This document shows, piece after piece, positions 1-9,498 of a stretch of DNA of 64,000 bases. This stretch comes from Acidobacteriota bacterium (GTDB lineage Bacteria; Acidobacteriota; Blastocatellia; Pyrinomonadales; Pyrinomonadaceae), in NCBI GenBank assembly GCA_019639215.1, contig JAHBSH010000001.1, forward strand, positions 20,281 through 84,280, given 5' to 3'. Numbering within the stretch: the stretch's first letter is position 1; every line of letters starts with the position of its first letter. Under the pieces are notes generated by a model. It ran no database searches. It had not been told where the DNA came from and saw only the letters and a list, made by a program, of their open reading frames with translations. Both the position numbers and the translations under genes were made by a program.

Positions 1-465
1 AAAGCGGTAGATGCCTATAAGAAGAGAATAGAATCTGATAAAGAAGATCACGTGGCTTATTACAATCTTGGCCGCTCTTACAACAAGCTAAATAAAGACA
101 ATGAGGCGGCGTCCGCCCTTCGTCAGGCCGTTAGGCTAAAACCAGAGGATATTGAATATCAAATGGAGCTTGGCTCAATACTTATAAAGCTGGCGAAATA
201 CGGCGAGGCGGTAGGAGCTTTGCGAAAAGCTGTTGATCTTGATCCTGAAAATGTTGAAGCTCTTGACCTGCTTGAAAAGGCAGAGGCCGGTTTGAAAAGA
301 ATAAACTTTACGACCCTGCCAAAGGACGCCAACTCAAACAAGGAAGATTCAAACTCCTCTGAGGAAGGCACCGGTGCAACACCCGGAACTCCTCCGTCAA
401 ATACGCGGCCCCCAGGACCGCCTCCGCCGCCAAGGGCGACTCCGCCTGCGACAAAAACTCCCTGA
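1..465 (+). CDS. TPR-repeat protein, C-terminal fragment (gene starts upstream of window) with Pro-rich tail
   Basis: Frame 1 is open from base 1 (KAVDAYKKRIESDKEDH precedes the GTG at 52 used by the ORF track). Has 34-aa TPR-like units (AYYNLGRSYNKLNKDNEAASALRQAVRLKPEDIEY; QMELGSILIKLAKYGEAVGALRKAVDLDPENVEA), then a Ser/Pro-rich tail PPGPPPPPRATPPATKTP. Confidence 0.7.
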   Translation, partial: KAVDAYKKRIESDKEDHVAYYNLGRSYNKLNKDNEAASALRQAVRLKPEDIEYQMELGSILIKLAKYGEAVGALRKAVDLDPENVEALDLLEKAEAGLKRINFTTLPKDANSNKEDSNSSEEGTGATPGTPPSNTRPPGPPPPPRATPPATKTP

Positions 466-561
466 TGTGGAGCTTATTTACACACTAAGCCCCAGCAATG
501 TATCACCTTGACATTGCTGGGGCAAAAAGCGACAGTATTGATACTTTACGTTTACAAAAGT

Positions 562-2676
562 ATGGCACTGACGCGCATCGAACTCGAACCCACGCCTCAG
601 ACCCTTTCACTTGAAAGAAAGATACAAATGCATGAAGCCCGCGAGGGCATCATAGAACGCCTTGCTCGTGACCTGCCTGAGAGCATAGATCTTCAGCGCT
701 TTCTTAATGTTGTGGTGTCTGAACTAGGCCGAATGCTGGAGGCAGACCGCTGTGACGTGCTGCAGATAAGCGAAGGGAAAGAACTTCGCATCAGTCATGA
801 ATGGCGACGAAGCGAGGATATCCCTTCCAGTAAAGGAACTGTAATACCGATAGACCCAAAGCGCCTTTCCGAACAGTTCGACATCTCGCGACCGATACAG
901 ATAAATGACACGTCAAACGCAAAAGACCCAACACTGAAGTTTTTTGCAAAAGCTCTGGAAACACGTTCTCTTTTGATAATTCCCATCAGCCTTAGCGGGA
1001 ACGTCATCGGCCTGATCGGGTTGCACGACACGACCAAACCTCGTGAATGGCTGCCGGAAGAAGTGCAGTTTCTCGTATCCATTGCCCAACAGCTTGCCAT
1101 CGGATATCAATATACGTATCTCTTCGTCGCCCAGCAGCAGGAAGCCAAACGGACTACCGCGTTACTCGAAATAGCCAACACGTTAAATTCGCATTCGGAT
1201 TTTAACGAGGTGTCGGAACAGGCTGTTGAACGAGCAGTCAATCTGGTTGGGGCCGACTATGGAGCTTTGGGTGTTTTAGACAATACCGGCAAACGTATCT
1301 CTCTTGCGGCATTTAAGGCCGCTGAAGGCATTACGCCCGGACGCCTTCTGAAGATGGTTGAATCTCACGGCAAATCGCTGAATATAGACACCTTTGCCGT
1401 TGTTGCCGAGCTTATCCGAGACGGAAAGACAATGCCGGTCACCGAATCGCAACTGCCGCTGGCCATACGCCTGATATTCAACAAAACACTCGGCGGCAAG
1501 GCGGCTTTGCTAACGCCGGTTCGCGTTGGCGGCACTACATTCGGCTTGTTAGGTTTTGTATGGGGACGTGAGATCGTATTTGAAGAACACGACATTGCGT
1601 TGGTAGAGGGCATTGCCGATCAGATAGGGACCGCCCTCGAACGAGATCAGCTTTCAGCAGAGGTAATGCGGCTGAAGACAGAATTGAATCAGCGGCAAAG
1701 CGCGATCATCGGACAAGCACCAGCGATCCGCAGGGCAACTGAACTGGCTCTGAATGTTGCCGATGCCAATACGACCGTGCTGATACAGGGCGAATCAGGC
1801 ACCGGTAAAGAGCTGCTTGCAAATCTGATACAGATCAATTCCGGCAGAGGCAATAAACCATACGTAAAGATAAACTGCGGCGCGATACCGGAAACCCTGA
1901 TCGAGGCTGAGCTTTTTGGCCACGAAAAAGGTGCTTTCACCGATGCTCGAAACCGCCGTCGCGGCCGATTTGAGGAAGCTGACGGCGGCACGCTCTTTCT
2001 AGACGAAATAGGCGAAATGCCGATGCAGGCCCAGGTAAAGCTGCTACGGGTTTTGCAGGACGGCGAACTGACACGTATCGGCGGAAACTCTGTCATCAAA
2101 ACCGATGTCCGCGTTATCGCTGCCAGCAATATCGATCTCGAACAGGCATCTCAGGACGGACGTTTTCGAAGCGATCTTTTTTATCGCCTTTCTGTCTTCC
2201 CAATAAGAATTCCGCCACTCCGCGAAAGAACCGAGGACATTTATCCGCTGGTGTTTTTCTTCCTAGAGAAATATAAGGAAAAGACCGGACGCTTTATCCC
2301 CGGCATTTCAAGAGATGCTCTGCGGGCCTTAATGAATTACGAATGGCCTGGTAATGTCCGCGAACTTGAGAACGCAATAGAACGCGCGGTCATAATTGCC
2401 TCCGGAAGGCAAATAGAACTAGAAGATCTGCCTGACGCAATTACGCGCATGTCTTTCATTCAAACAGCGGAAAGTCGGCGAGAGAGAGCTGATGCCGCAG
2501 CGGCGGGACGACCGATAGGTATGGAGATCGAACTCCCAGCAATGATGGACGATATTGAGCGTCGGGTAATCGAAGCAACTCTAGATTATACCGAAGGGGA
2601 TAAATCGAACGCTGCTCGCTTGCTTGGCATCGGCCGCAAAACGCTTTATCGCAAGCTGGAACAGTACGAACAATGA
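562..2676 (+). CDS. sigma-54-dependent transcriptional activator (bEBP) with tandem GAF-like sensor domains
   Basis: ORF 508..2676; the first ATG is at 562 (MALTRIEL). The N-terminal ~380 aa looks like two GAF domains. AAA+ sigma-54 interaction module: Walker A GESGTGKE, ELFGHEKGAFTDA (variant of GAFTGA), Walker B GGTLFLDEIGEM, VRVIAASN, WPGNVRELEN. C-terminal Fis-type HTH NAARLLGIGRKTLYRKL. Confidence 0.9.
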   Translation: MALTRIELEPTPQTLSLERKIQMHEAREGIIERLARDLPESIDLQRFLNVVVSELGRMLEADRCDVLQISEGKELRISHEWRRSEDIPSSKGTVIPIDPKRLSEQFDISRPIQINDTSNAKDPTLKFFAKALETRSLLIIPISLSGNVIGLIGLHDTTKPREWLPEEVQFLVSIAQQLAIGYQYTYLFVAQQQEAKRTTALLEIANTLNSHSDFNEVSEQAVERAVNLVGADYGALGVLDNTGKRISLAAFKAAEGITPGRLLKMVESHGKSLNIDTFAVVAELIRDGKTMPVTESQLPLAIRLIFNKTLGGKAALLTPVRVGGTTFGLLGFVWGREIVFEEHDIALVEGIADQIGTALERDQLSAEVMRLKTELNQRQSAIIGQAPAIRRATELALNVADANTTVLIQGESGTGKELLANLIQINSGRGNKPYVKINCGAIPETLIEAELFGHEKGAFTDARNRRRGRFEEADGGTLFLDEIGEMPMQAQVKLLRVLQDGELTRIGGNSVIKTDVRVIAASNIDLEQASQDGRFRSDLFYRLSVFPIRIPPLRERTEDIYPLVFFFLEKYKEKTGRFIPGISRDALRALMNYEWPGNVRELENAIERAVIIASGRQIELEDLPDAITRMSFIQTAESRRERADAAAAGRPIGMEIELPAMMDDIERRVIEATLDYTEGDKSNAARLLGIGRKTLYRKLEQYEQ

Positions 2677-2780
2677 CATCCCGAGTGCTTCTGAAAAAAG
2701 ATTTGCGAACACGGAGTAAACTCCTGTATCTTTAAAGATACGGGAAAGGTCAGCAACAGAGGCTTTTACCACCCGATCCT

Positions 2781-3023
2781 ATGAGCATTTCTTCTGTAAA
2801 TGTACAACCTCTTGCGGTGGATGTTATGTGCACTGATGATGCCCTGCGGGTCGCCCTCGCAGACGGCCGGGCAATTTCTGTCCCGCTGGACTGGTTTCCC
2901 CGGCTCGAATATGCATCACAGAAAGAGTTGAAGAACTGGCGGCTTATCGGCGGCGGACTCGGCATAAGATGGGAATCTTTGGACGCCGACGTGTCGGTCG
3001 AAAATCTCCTTCGCGTACGCTAG
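2781..3023 (+). CDS. DUF2442-family small protein
   Basis: 80 aa. The pattern ...LRVALADGRAISVPLDWFPRL...W.LIGGGLGIRWESLDADVSVENLL is typical of DUF2442 as I remember the family. No DUF4160-type partner gene is adjacent. Confidence 0.55.
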   Translation: MSISSVNVQPLAVDVMCTDDALRVALADGRAISVPLDWFPRLEYASQKELKNWRLIGGGLGIRWESLDADVSVENLLRVR

Positions 3024-3120
3024 CATTTCCATCCATTCGCAAAGACATATGTTTCCGATCGGCTTAACCGAAGCGGGTTACTTTTTGCGCCTGTTTTCCG
3101 CTACAATAACCCGATAGGCA

Positions 3121-3825
3121 ATGAAAAAATTCCTTACAGCAGAATGGCGTGATCTGATAATGGCAAATTATGAGGTCGATCCGGCTTTGTTGGCTGACCG
3201 CGTTCCGGCAGGAACAGAACTCGACCTGCATGAAGGACGGTGTTTTGTAAGCCTTGTCGGTTTTATGTTCCTGGACACGCGCGTACTGGAGTTTCTTGTA
3301 CCGTTCCATGTAAATTTCGAAGAGGTCAATCTGCGGTTCTATGTTAAACGTGAAACCAAAGATGAAATTCGGCGCGGCGTTGTCTTTGTAAAAGAGATCG
3401 TCCCGAAAGCCGCCATCGCTATGGTTGCGCGGACTCTTTACGGAGAGCCGTATGAACGCTGGCGAATGTCGCATGTCCGCGACGCTCTGCATGTCGGCTA
3501 TACCTGGGAGAAAGGAACCTGTTCAAACACCATCAGCGTTGAGAGTGGCAAAAATCTTGGTGTTCCCGGTGACAGCTCGCACGAGGAGTTCATAATTGAA
3601 CACTATTGGGGTTATACCAAACGCGGGGACAAACGCACCGATGAATACAAGGTCGAACACCCTAAATGGGAACTATTTGAAGTCGGAGATCCGCAGATCA
3701 ATGTAGATTTCAATTGTACATACGGAAAAGAGTTTGAATTTTTGAACGACCGGAAACCTTACTCGGTTGTATTGGCAAAAGGTTCCGAGATAGCGGTTTA
3801 TAAAGGAAAATCTATCAACTTGTAA
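3121..3825 (+). CDS. DUF2071-family protein (YqjF-like), function unknown
   Basis: 234 aa. The N-terminus FLTAEWRDLIMANYEVDPALLADRVPAGTELDLHEGRCFVSLVGFMF...FEEVNLRFYV matches my recollection of the DUF2071 signature. Confidence 0.55.
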   Translation: MKKFLTAEWRDLIMANYEVDPALLADRVPAGTELDLHEGRCFVSLVGFMFLDTRVLEFLVPFHVNFEEVNLRFYVKRETKDEIRRGVVFVKEIVPKAAIAMVARTLYGEPYERWRMSHVRDALHVGYTWEKGTCSNTISVESGKNLGVPGDSSHEEFIIEHYWGYTKRGDKRTDEYKVEHPKWELFEVGDPQINVDFNCTYGKEFEFLNDRKPYSVVLAKGSEIAVYKGKSINL

Positions 3826-3901
3826 TTTAACAAAAACAATTGTTAGGAATGCGCCGTCATCTTTATTAACAGTTCAAAGTTATTAAGTTTATAGTTCGCA
3901 G

Positions 3902-4396
3902 TTGATTATGGCGATCATAGGCATTGTTGCAATCGCAAAAAATTATGCTATCGGTAAGGACGGTAAACTGCCGTGGCACTATTCGGCTGACCTTAGATTC
4001 TTCAAGCAAACAACGACGGGTAATGCGATCGTGATGGGAGCCAGTACATGGAAATCACTTGGTCGTCCGCTCCCAAGCCGTCTTAACGTCGTTTTGAGCC
4101 GTATTAGCGATATCGAACCGCAGCTCGGCGTTTTGCTGATAAGAAGCAGGGACGAAGTGCTAGAACTTTCACGCTATCTGAAGGGAGACGTGTTCATAAT
4201 CGGTGGGGCAAGAACGTTTGAAACTTTTGCAGACGTGATCGAAAAATGGATCGTTACAGAGATACCTGAAACAGTCGAGGACGCTGACGTTTTTATGCCA
4301 GAGGATTTCCTCGAAGCTTTCGAGACTGTAAGATCCGACGACCTCGGCGACGGCCTGATGGCAAAAACATTTCACCGCAAGGCTGTTTTGATGTAG
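3902..4396 (+). CDS. folA: dihydrofolate reductase
   Basis: IIGIVAIAKNYAIGKDGKLPWHYSADLRFFKQTTTGNAIVMGASTWKSLGRPLPSRLNVVLSR and IIGGARTFE are classic DHFR motifs. The start is TTG 3902 or ATG 3908. Confidence 0.85.
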   Translation: MIMAIIGIVAIAKNYAIGKDGKLPWHYSADLRFFKQTTTGNAIVMGASTWKSLGRPLPSRLNVVLSRISDIEPQLGVLLIRSRDEVLELSRYLKGDVFIIGGARTFETFADVIEKWIVTEIPETVEDADVFMPEDFLEAFETVRSDDLGDGLMAKTFHRKAVLM

Positions 4397-4430
4397 AATC
4401 TTCGGCAACAACAAAAGGAGGACGATCATT

Positions 4431-4733
4431 ATGATGGGCGGAAGATCTTGGGACGATTGGATCGAGGAGTATGCGGAGAGTCATCAACATCCGGTAAACC
4501 GTTTGACCCACAGCTTTGGCATACCCATGATAGCTGTGTCGATCTTGATGATCCCGGTCTGTTTTTTCGTCAGCAACCTCTGGGTGATAGCCTTGGGGCT
4601 TTTCGTCATCGGCTGGGTCTTACAATTCATCGGACATCATTTTGAGGGCAAACCGCCGGAGTTTCTCAAGGACTGGCGATTTCTTTTTGTCGGCCTGCGA
4701 TGGTGGTTCAAAAAGGTTGTCGGGGTGAAATAA
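4431..4733 (+). CDS. DUF962 (Mpo1-like) small membrane protein
   Basis: 100 aa with two hydrophobic helices. HQHPVNRLTHSFGIPMI and GHHFEGKPPEF resemble DUF962/YGL010w-like proteins. Confidence 0.55.
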   Translation: MMGGRSWDDWIEEYAESHQHPVNRLTHSFGIPMIAVSILMIPVCFFVSNLWVIALGLFVIGWVLQFIGHHFEGKPPEFLKDWRFLFVGLRWWFKKVVGVK

Positions 4734-4777
4734 GTTCGTTCCGAAATAAGTGATACCTGATAAGTAAAAAGTTATGG

Positions 4778-4812
4778 AGCTGTCGGCTTATGGCTGACAG
4801 CTATTATTTTAT
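4778..4812 (+). terminator. putative rho-independent terminator after the DUF962 gene
   Basis: 10-bp stem AGCTGTCGGC (4778-4787) / GCTGACAGCT (4793-4802, one G-U pair), loop TTATG, followed by ATTATTTTAT. Confidence 0.5.
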
Positions 4813-4817
4813 CTGCT

Positions 4818-6200
4818 TTGAACAAAGAACTTTTTCTAGGACTGGATATTGGCTCGTCGAGCGTTCGCGGGGCATTGTTTGACGCGCACGGGGTGATGAT
4901 GAAAAGAACTTTTGTGCGCGAGGAAAGCCGCCTGCGAGCATCAAACAGCGGCGGTTCGGAAGCAGACGCCCATGCAACACTGAAACTGGTTATTAGGGTT
5001 ATTGACAACGTCCTCGAACGAGCAACAAACGTCAACGGAGACATCACATATATTGCTTCCTGCACATACTGGCACAGCCTTGTCGGTGTCGATGATAAAG
5101 GACAGCCGACCACGCCTGTTTACGGCTGGGCCGATACGCAGAGCCGCGAATACACCCACTTTCTGAAAAAACGATTTGATGAGGCCGTGACGCACAACCT
5201 CACGGGAGCTCATTTTCATTCAAGCTTTTGGCCTGCGAAACTGTTGTGGTTACGAAAGGATCTTCCCGACGTCTGGGCAAAAACGGCCAGATGGCTTTCT
5301 TTCTCTGATTATGTGACTCTCCGACTTTGCGGCTCTGCGGTAACGAGCATTTCAATGGCTTCGGGAACTGGCATTTTTGATATTCGCCGATGTGATTGGG
5401 ATGCTGAGCTGCTACGTTATCTGAAAGTAAAGCGAAAGTCATTGCCTGAGATAACCAAAAGTGATACTGACACGCTGACCTTGCTGCCGAAATGGCAAAA
5501 ACGCTGGCCACGACTAAAAGACGCTCTATTTTGTCCTCCTGTCGCTGATGGTGCGGCAAATAACATCGGTTCGGGATGCGTCACCAGAGATACGGCTGCG
5601 TTGATGATAGGCACAAGCGGAGCAATGCGTGTGGTTTACGTGGGCGAACCGCCAGAGCATATCCCGCAAGGGCTGTGGTGCTATCGCGTTGACCGAACGC
5701 GCGTTATCGTCGGCGGAGCTTTGTCGGACGGCGGCGGGCTCTATGAATGGCTAAAACGAAACCTTCGCATCGACCTCACGGATGAACAGATCAGCCGCGA
5801 AATATTGCGTCGCGGAACAGGAGCCAAAGGTATCACATTTCTTCCTTTCCTCGCCGGCGAACGCAGCACAGGCTATAACGAGAACGCAGCAGGAGCCATC
5901 ACCGGCCTGAAAATGTCACACGACGCGATAGATATTTTGCAAGCCGCGATGGAGGCCATTGCCGAACGCTTTGCGGACATTTTCGCACGTCTGCAAACTG
6001 TTTGTCCGGTGGAAAATATCGTCATATCTGGTGGCGCTCTTGAAAATTCCCCTGTTTGGGCCAAGATGATCGAAGACGCTCTGGGTCGAGAATTGACGCC
6101 TTTTTCCGAACCGGAAGCATCTTTACGCGGAGCGGTTTTGCTTGCACTCGAAACTACTGGCAAAATAAAGTTTGCCGGAAAAAATTCAGTAAAATCCTGA
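4818..6200 (+). CDS. FGGY-family carbohydrate kinase (gluconokinase-like)
   Basis: 460 aa. N-terminal LGLDIGSSSVRGALFD (actin-fold phosphate-1 motif), later GTSGAMRVV and VISGGALENSPVWAKM, typical of the FGGY family. TTG start with no clear SD, so the start is uncertain. Confidence 0.8.
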   Translation: MNKELFLGLDIGSSSVRGALFDAHGVMMKRTFVREESRLRASNSGGSEADAHATLKLVIRVIDNVLERATNVNGDITYIASCTYWHSLVGVDDKGQPTTPVYGWADTQSREYTHFLKKRFDEAVTHNLTGAHFHSSFWPAKLLWLRKDLPDVWAKTARWLSFSDYVTLRLCGSAVTSISMASGTGIFDIRRCDWDAELLRYLKVKRKSLPEITKSDTDTLTLLPKWQKRWPRLKDALFCPPVADGAANNIGSGCVTRDTAALMIGTSGAMRVVYVGEPPEHIPQGLWCYRVDRTRVIVGGALSDGGGLYEWLKRNLRIDLTDEQISREILRRGTGAKGITFLPFLAGERSTGYNENAAGAITGLKMSHDAIDILQAAMEAIAERFADIFARLQTVCPVENIVISGGALENSPVWAKMIEDALGRELTPFSEPEASLRGAVLLALETTGKIKFAGKNSVKS

Positions 6201-6286
6201 ACGGATCGCTTTATCTTTTGATCTAAATGTCTGTATTTTCAGCTTAAACGATCAGTGATATTGAAATACCTAAATTCATTCTACCG

Positions 6287-8323
6287 ATGACAACAGCAGC
6301 CAAATTGAAGAAAACAACCAACATTGACCAGCTTTGTATAAACACCATCCGTACACTTTCGCTAGATGCGATACAGAAGGCGAATTCGGGACATCCGGGA
6401 CTGCCGCTCGGCATGGCACCGACAGCGTATGTTTTGTGGACAAAGTTCTTACGCCACGACCCGAAAAGACCGAAATGGTTCAACCGCGACCGGTTTCTCT
6501 TAAGTGCCGGACACGGTTCGATGCTGCTATACAGCTTGCTGCACCTGACAGGTTATGGGTTGACGCTGGAGGATATTAAGAATTTTCGCCAGCTTCATTC
6601 AAAAACGCCCGGACATCCCGAGAACATCTTGACCAGTGGTGTCGAGGTCACGACGGGACCGCTAGGCCAGGGTTTTGCCAACGGTGTGGGCATGGCGATA
6701 GCCGAAGCACATATGGCCGCGCGGTTTAACAAACCCGGACACAAGATCGTTGATAATTATATTTATGCGATAGTTTCTGACGGCGATCTGATGGAAGGTG
6801 TCAGTTACGAAGCGGCGTCGATAGCCGGACATCTAAAACTCGGCAACCTGATCTATCTTTATGATGATAACAAGATAACAATTGATGGTTCGACCGATCT
6901 GGCGTTTACCGAAAATGTAACAGAGCGCTTTGAGGCGGCAGGCTGGGCAGTAAGTGAGGTTGCGGACGGCAACGACCTAAAAGCTATCGAGAACGCGATC
7001 AAAGCCGCACAAAAGATAAAAGACAGGCCGAAACTAATTCGTATAAAAACCATTATAGGCTATGGAATGCCTAAACAAGGAACATCAAAAGCACACTCGG
7101 ACGCGCCGGGCGTTGACGCTGTTAAAGAGACCAAGCGTAACCTCGGTTGGCCTGAAAACAAAGACTTCTTTATCCCGAAAGAGGTCAAACAGCACATGGG
7201 TGCGGCCGTAAAGAACGGTGCGAAACTCAACAAAGACTGGGATGCTGCGTTCAAAAAATACGAAAAAGCGTTTCCGGAACTTGCTTTGGAATTAAAAGGC
7301 CGCGTCAACGGTGAACTTCCTGCCGGATGGGAAAAGGCTTTACCGAGCTTTGCGAAAACCGATGCCAAAGCTACGCGAGCATACAGCGGTGAGGTGATAA
7401 ATGCTATTGCCGATACTGTACCGCAGCTGCTTGGCGGTTCAGCCGACCTCACACCGTCAAACAATACGTTTATAAAAGATTCAGCAGATATTCAGCCCGG
7501 CAACTACGGCGGACGCAACATACATTACGGGATTCGCGAACATGCGATGGGCTCGCTGATGAACGGTATGGCTCTGTATGGCGGCATAATTCCATTTGCG
7601 GGAACGTTCCAAACATTCTCAGATTACATGCGTCCGGCAATACGGCTGGCTGCTCTATCAGACATTCAGGTGCTTTTCGTTTTCACGCATGATTCCATCG
7701 GTCTCGGCGAGGACGGTCCGACGCACCAATCAGTTGAGCATCTTGCAGCGCTACGCGCAATACCAAATCTTGCGGTAATTCGTCCGGCTGATGCTGATGA
7801 GGTAAGAGAAGCTTGGCGTGCAGCGCTCGAACGCAAAAATGCTCCGACAGCTTTTGCTCTGTCGCGTCAAAAGGTCGCCCTTATAGACCGTAAAAAATTT
7901 GCCAACGCGAAAGGCCTGCATAAAGGTGCTTATATTCTGGCGGAAGCAGAGGACAAAAAAGGCGTAAAGACCGAACCAAAGCTTTTACTGATCGCAACCG
8001 GTTCGGAGATTGGGCTTGCGATGGAAGCCCGCGAAAGATTGAACAAAGCAGGAACACCAACTCGTGTGGTTTCAATGCCATGCTGGGAATTTTTTGACGA
8101 GCAATCAGCAAAGTATAAAGAGTCAGTTCTGCCCTCAGCCGTTAAAGCCCGCCTCGCTATAGAAGCAGGCGTTTCTATGGGCTGGCACAAGTACGTAGGT
8201 GACGCCGGCGACACGCTGACAGTCGATAAATTTGGAGCATCAGCACCAGCTGAGGATGTATTTAGAGATTACGGTTTTACCGTAGAAAATGTGATCAAAA
8301 AGGCTAAGGCGCTCCTGAAATGA
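6287..8323 (+). CDS. tkt: transketolase
   Basis: 678 aa. [87 protein letters not shown] and [15 protein letters not shown] are canonical transketolase motifs. Confidence 0.97.
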   Translation: MTTAAKLKKTTNIDQLCINTIRTLSLDAIQKANSGHPGLPLGMAPTAYVLWTKFLRHDPKRPKWFNRDRFLLSAGHGSMLLYSLLHLTGYGLTLEDIKNFRQLHSKTPGHPENILTSGVEVTTGPLGQGFANGVGMAIAEAHMAARFNKPGHKIVDNYIYAIVSDGDLMEGVSYEAASIAGHLKLGNLIYLYDDNKITIDGSTDLAFTENVTERFEAAGWAVSEVADGNDLKAIENAIKAAQKIKDRPKLIRIKTIIGYGMPKQGTSKAHSDAPGVDAVKETKRNLGWPENKDFFIPKEVKQHMGAAVKNGAKLNKDWDAAFKKYEKAFPELALELKGRVNGELPAGWEKALPSFAKTDAKATRAYSGEVINAIADTVPQLLGGSADLTPSNNTFIKDSADIQPGNYGGRNIHYGIREHAMGSLMNGMALYGGIIPFAGTFQTFSDYMRPAIRLAALSDIQVLFVFTHDSIGLGEDGPTHQSVEHLAALRAIPNLAVIRPADADEVREAWRAALERKNAPTAFALSRQKVALIDRKKFANAKGLHKGAYILAEAEDKKGVKTEPKLLLIATGSEIGLAMEARERLNKAGTPTRVVSMPCWEFFDEQSAKYKESVLPSAVKARLAIEAGVSMGWHKYVGDAGDTLTVDKFGASAPAEDVFRDYGFTVENVIKKAKALLK

Positions 8324-9441
8324 GCTTAGACAGCATTAAAACCCCCGGACTGTTACTGGACATTCTCCGTGTTCGGCGAAATGCCGAACGGATGGCCGAA
8401 AAGGCTAAGCAAAACGGTGTTCGCCTTAGGCCGCATGTGAAAACTCATAAATGTATTGAGGTCGCAAAGATACAGACGGCGGGACACAATGGTGCGATAA
8501 CGGTTTCGACGTTGGCAGAAGCCAGAGCTTTTGCTCGAAACGGTTTTTCGGACATCACTTACGCGGTTCCAATTGAGCGCGGAAAATTTGCCGATGCTAT
8601 CAAGATCCTACAAAGCGGCATAAAGCTTAACCTGCTGACCGACGATGCTGAAACAGTAAGAGCTTTGGATGAAGCGGCAGGAAAGGTAGGTGTGAAGTTT
8701 GACGTTTTTCTGAAGGTCGATTGCGGTACGCACCGCGTCGGGGTAGAGCCGAACACGGCAGAAGCGATTGAGATCCCACGTCTGATCTCTGGTGCAAAGA
8801 ACCTTCATTTCGCGGGCATTCTCACTCATGCCGGCCATTCATATGATGTAAGAACAAAAGAAGATATTCTCACGGTTGCCCGGCATGAACGCGATGTTAT
8901 GGTTGGCCTCGCCGACCGCCTTCGCAGCCAAAGCATTGAGGTGCCAACGGTGAGCGTCGGATCGACACCGACAATGTCGCTGATCGACGATCTGGACGGC
9001 ATTGACGAGATACGTCCGGGGAATTACATTTTTTACGATAATTTTCAGGCTACGCTGGGAAGCTGTTCGTTTGAGGACACGGCATTGACCGTCCTGACAG
9101 CGGTGATCCACAAGGACGCCACAAGGCGAAGACTGGTTATTGATGCAGGTGCGATAGCTCTTTCAAAAGATCGTGGGCCGGTCGGGCTTGACGCGGCATG
9201 TGGATATGGGCGCGTACTCGATCTGGAAGGAAATGAGACCGGAATGAGCGTCACCTCGCTCTCACAGGAACACGGCGAGATCGAAGCTGGCGATGCAGAC
9301 ATATTTGCACGCTTACGGGTAGGCGACAGGCTGCGGATCCTTGCAAATCACTCATGCCTAACCGCCGCTCAGCATTCGCATTACCACATTTTGGAAAATG
9401 GTTCGATCGTTGATAAATGGGAGATCTTTTCGGGATGGTAA
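8320..9441 (+). CDS. D-TA family PLP enzyme (D-threonine aldolase / DSD1 D-serine dehydratase-like, alanine racemase N-terminal fold)
   Basis: 373 aa. [38 protein letters not shown] contains the PLP-lysine motif of this family. The start overlaps the tkt stop (ATGA at 8320-8323). Confidence 0.75.
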   Translation: MSLDSIKTPGLLLDILRVRRNAERMAEKAKQNGVRLRPHVKTHKCIEVAKIQTAGHNGAITVSTLAEARAFARNGFSDITYAVPIERGKFADAIKILQSGIKLNLLTDDAETVRALDEAAGKVGVKFDVFLKVDCGTHRVGVEPNTAEAIEIPRLISGAKNLHFAGILTHAGHSYDVRTKEDILTVARHERDVMVGLADRLRSQSIEVPTVSVGSTPTMSLIDDLDGIDEIRPGNYIFYDNFQATLGSCSFEDTALTVLTAVIHKDATRRRLVIDAGAIALSKDRGPVGLDAACGYGRVLDLEGNETGMSVTSLSQEHGEIEAGDADIFARLRVGDRLRILANHSCLTAAQHSHYHILENGSIVDKWEIFSGW

Positions 9442-9498
9442 GAAGAAACGCGGACAACACGCCCGCATTTCTTTCAATGTAGATGTTTATGATCAGAT

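Noticed and set aside
508-561. N-terminal extensions implied by ORF-track starts (508, 9993, 22735, 35229, 36313, 45756, 49853, 53371, 62910)
   Set aside because: In each case an internal ATG gives the canonical family N-terminus, a signal peptide, a proper SD, or avoids overlap with a neighbouring gene or operator. The longer forms are artefacts of the longest-ORF rule.
3074-3089. Possible sigma-54 promoter (GG-N10-TTGC) upstream of the DUF2071 gene
   Set aside because: Only the GG and TTGC dinucleotide/tetranucleotide match. The -24 element (cGGgtt) is far from TGGCAC. This level of match is expected by chance.
5070-5085. TGGCAC hexamers inside genes (e.g. 5070, also about 3974, 13046, 16686 and 54796) as sigma-54 promoters
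   Set aside because: All are intragenic and none has TTGC at the correct -12 spacing.
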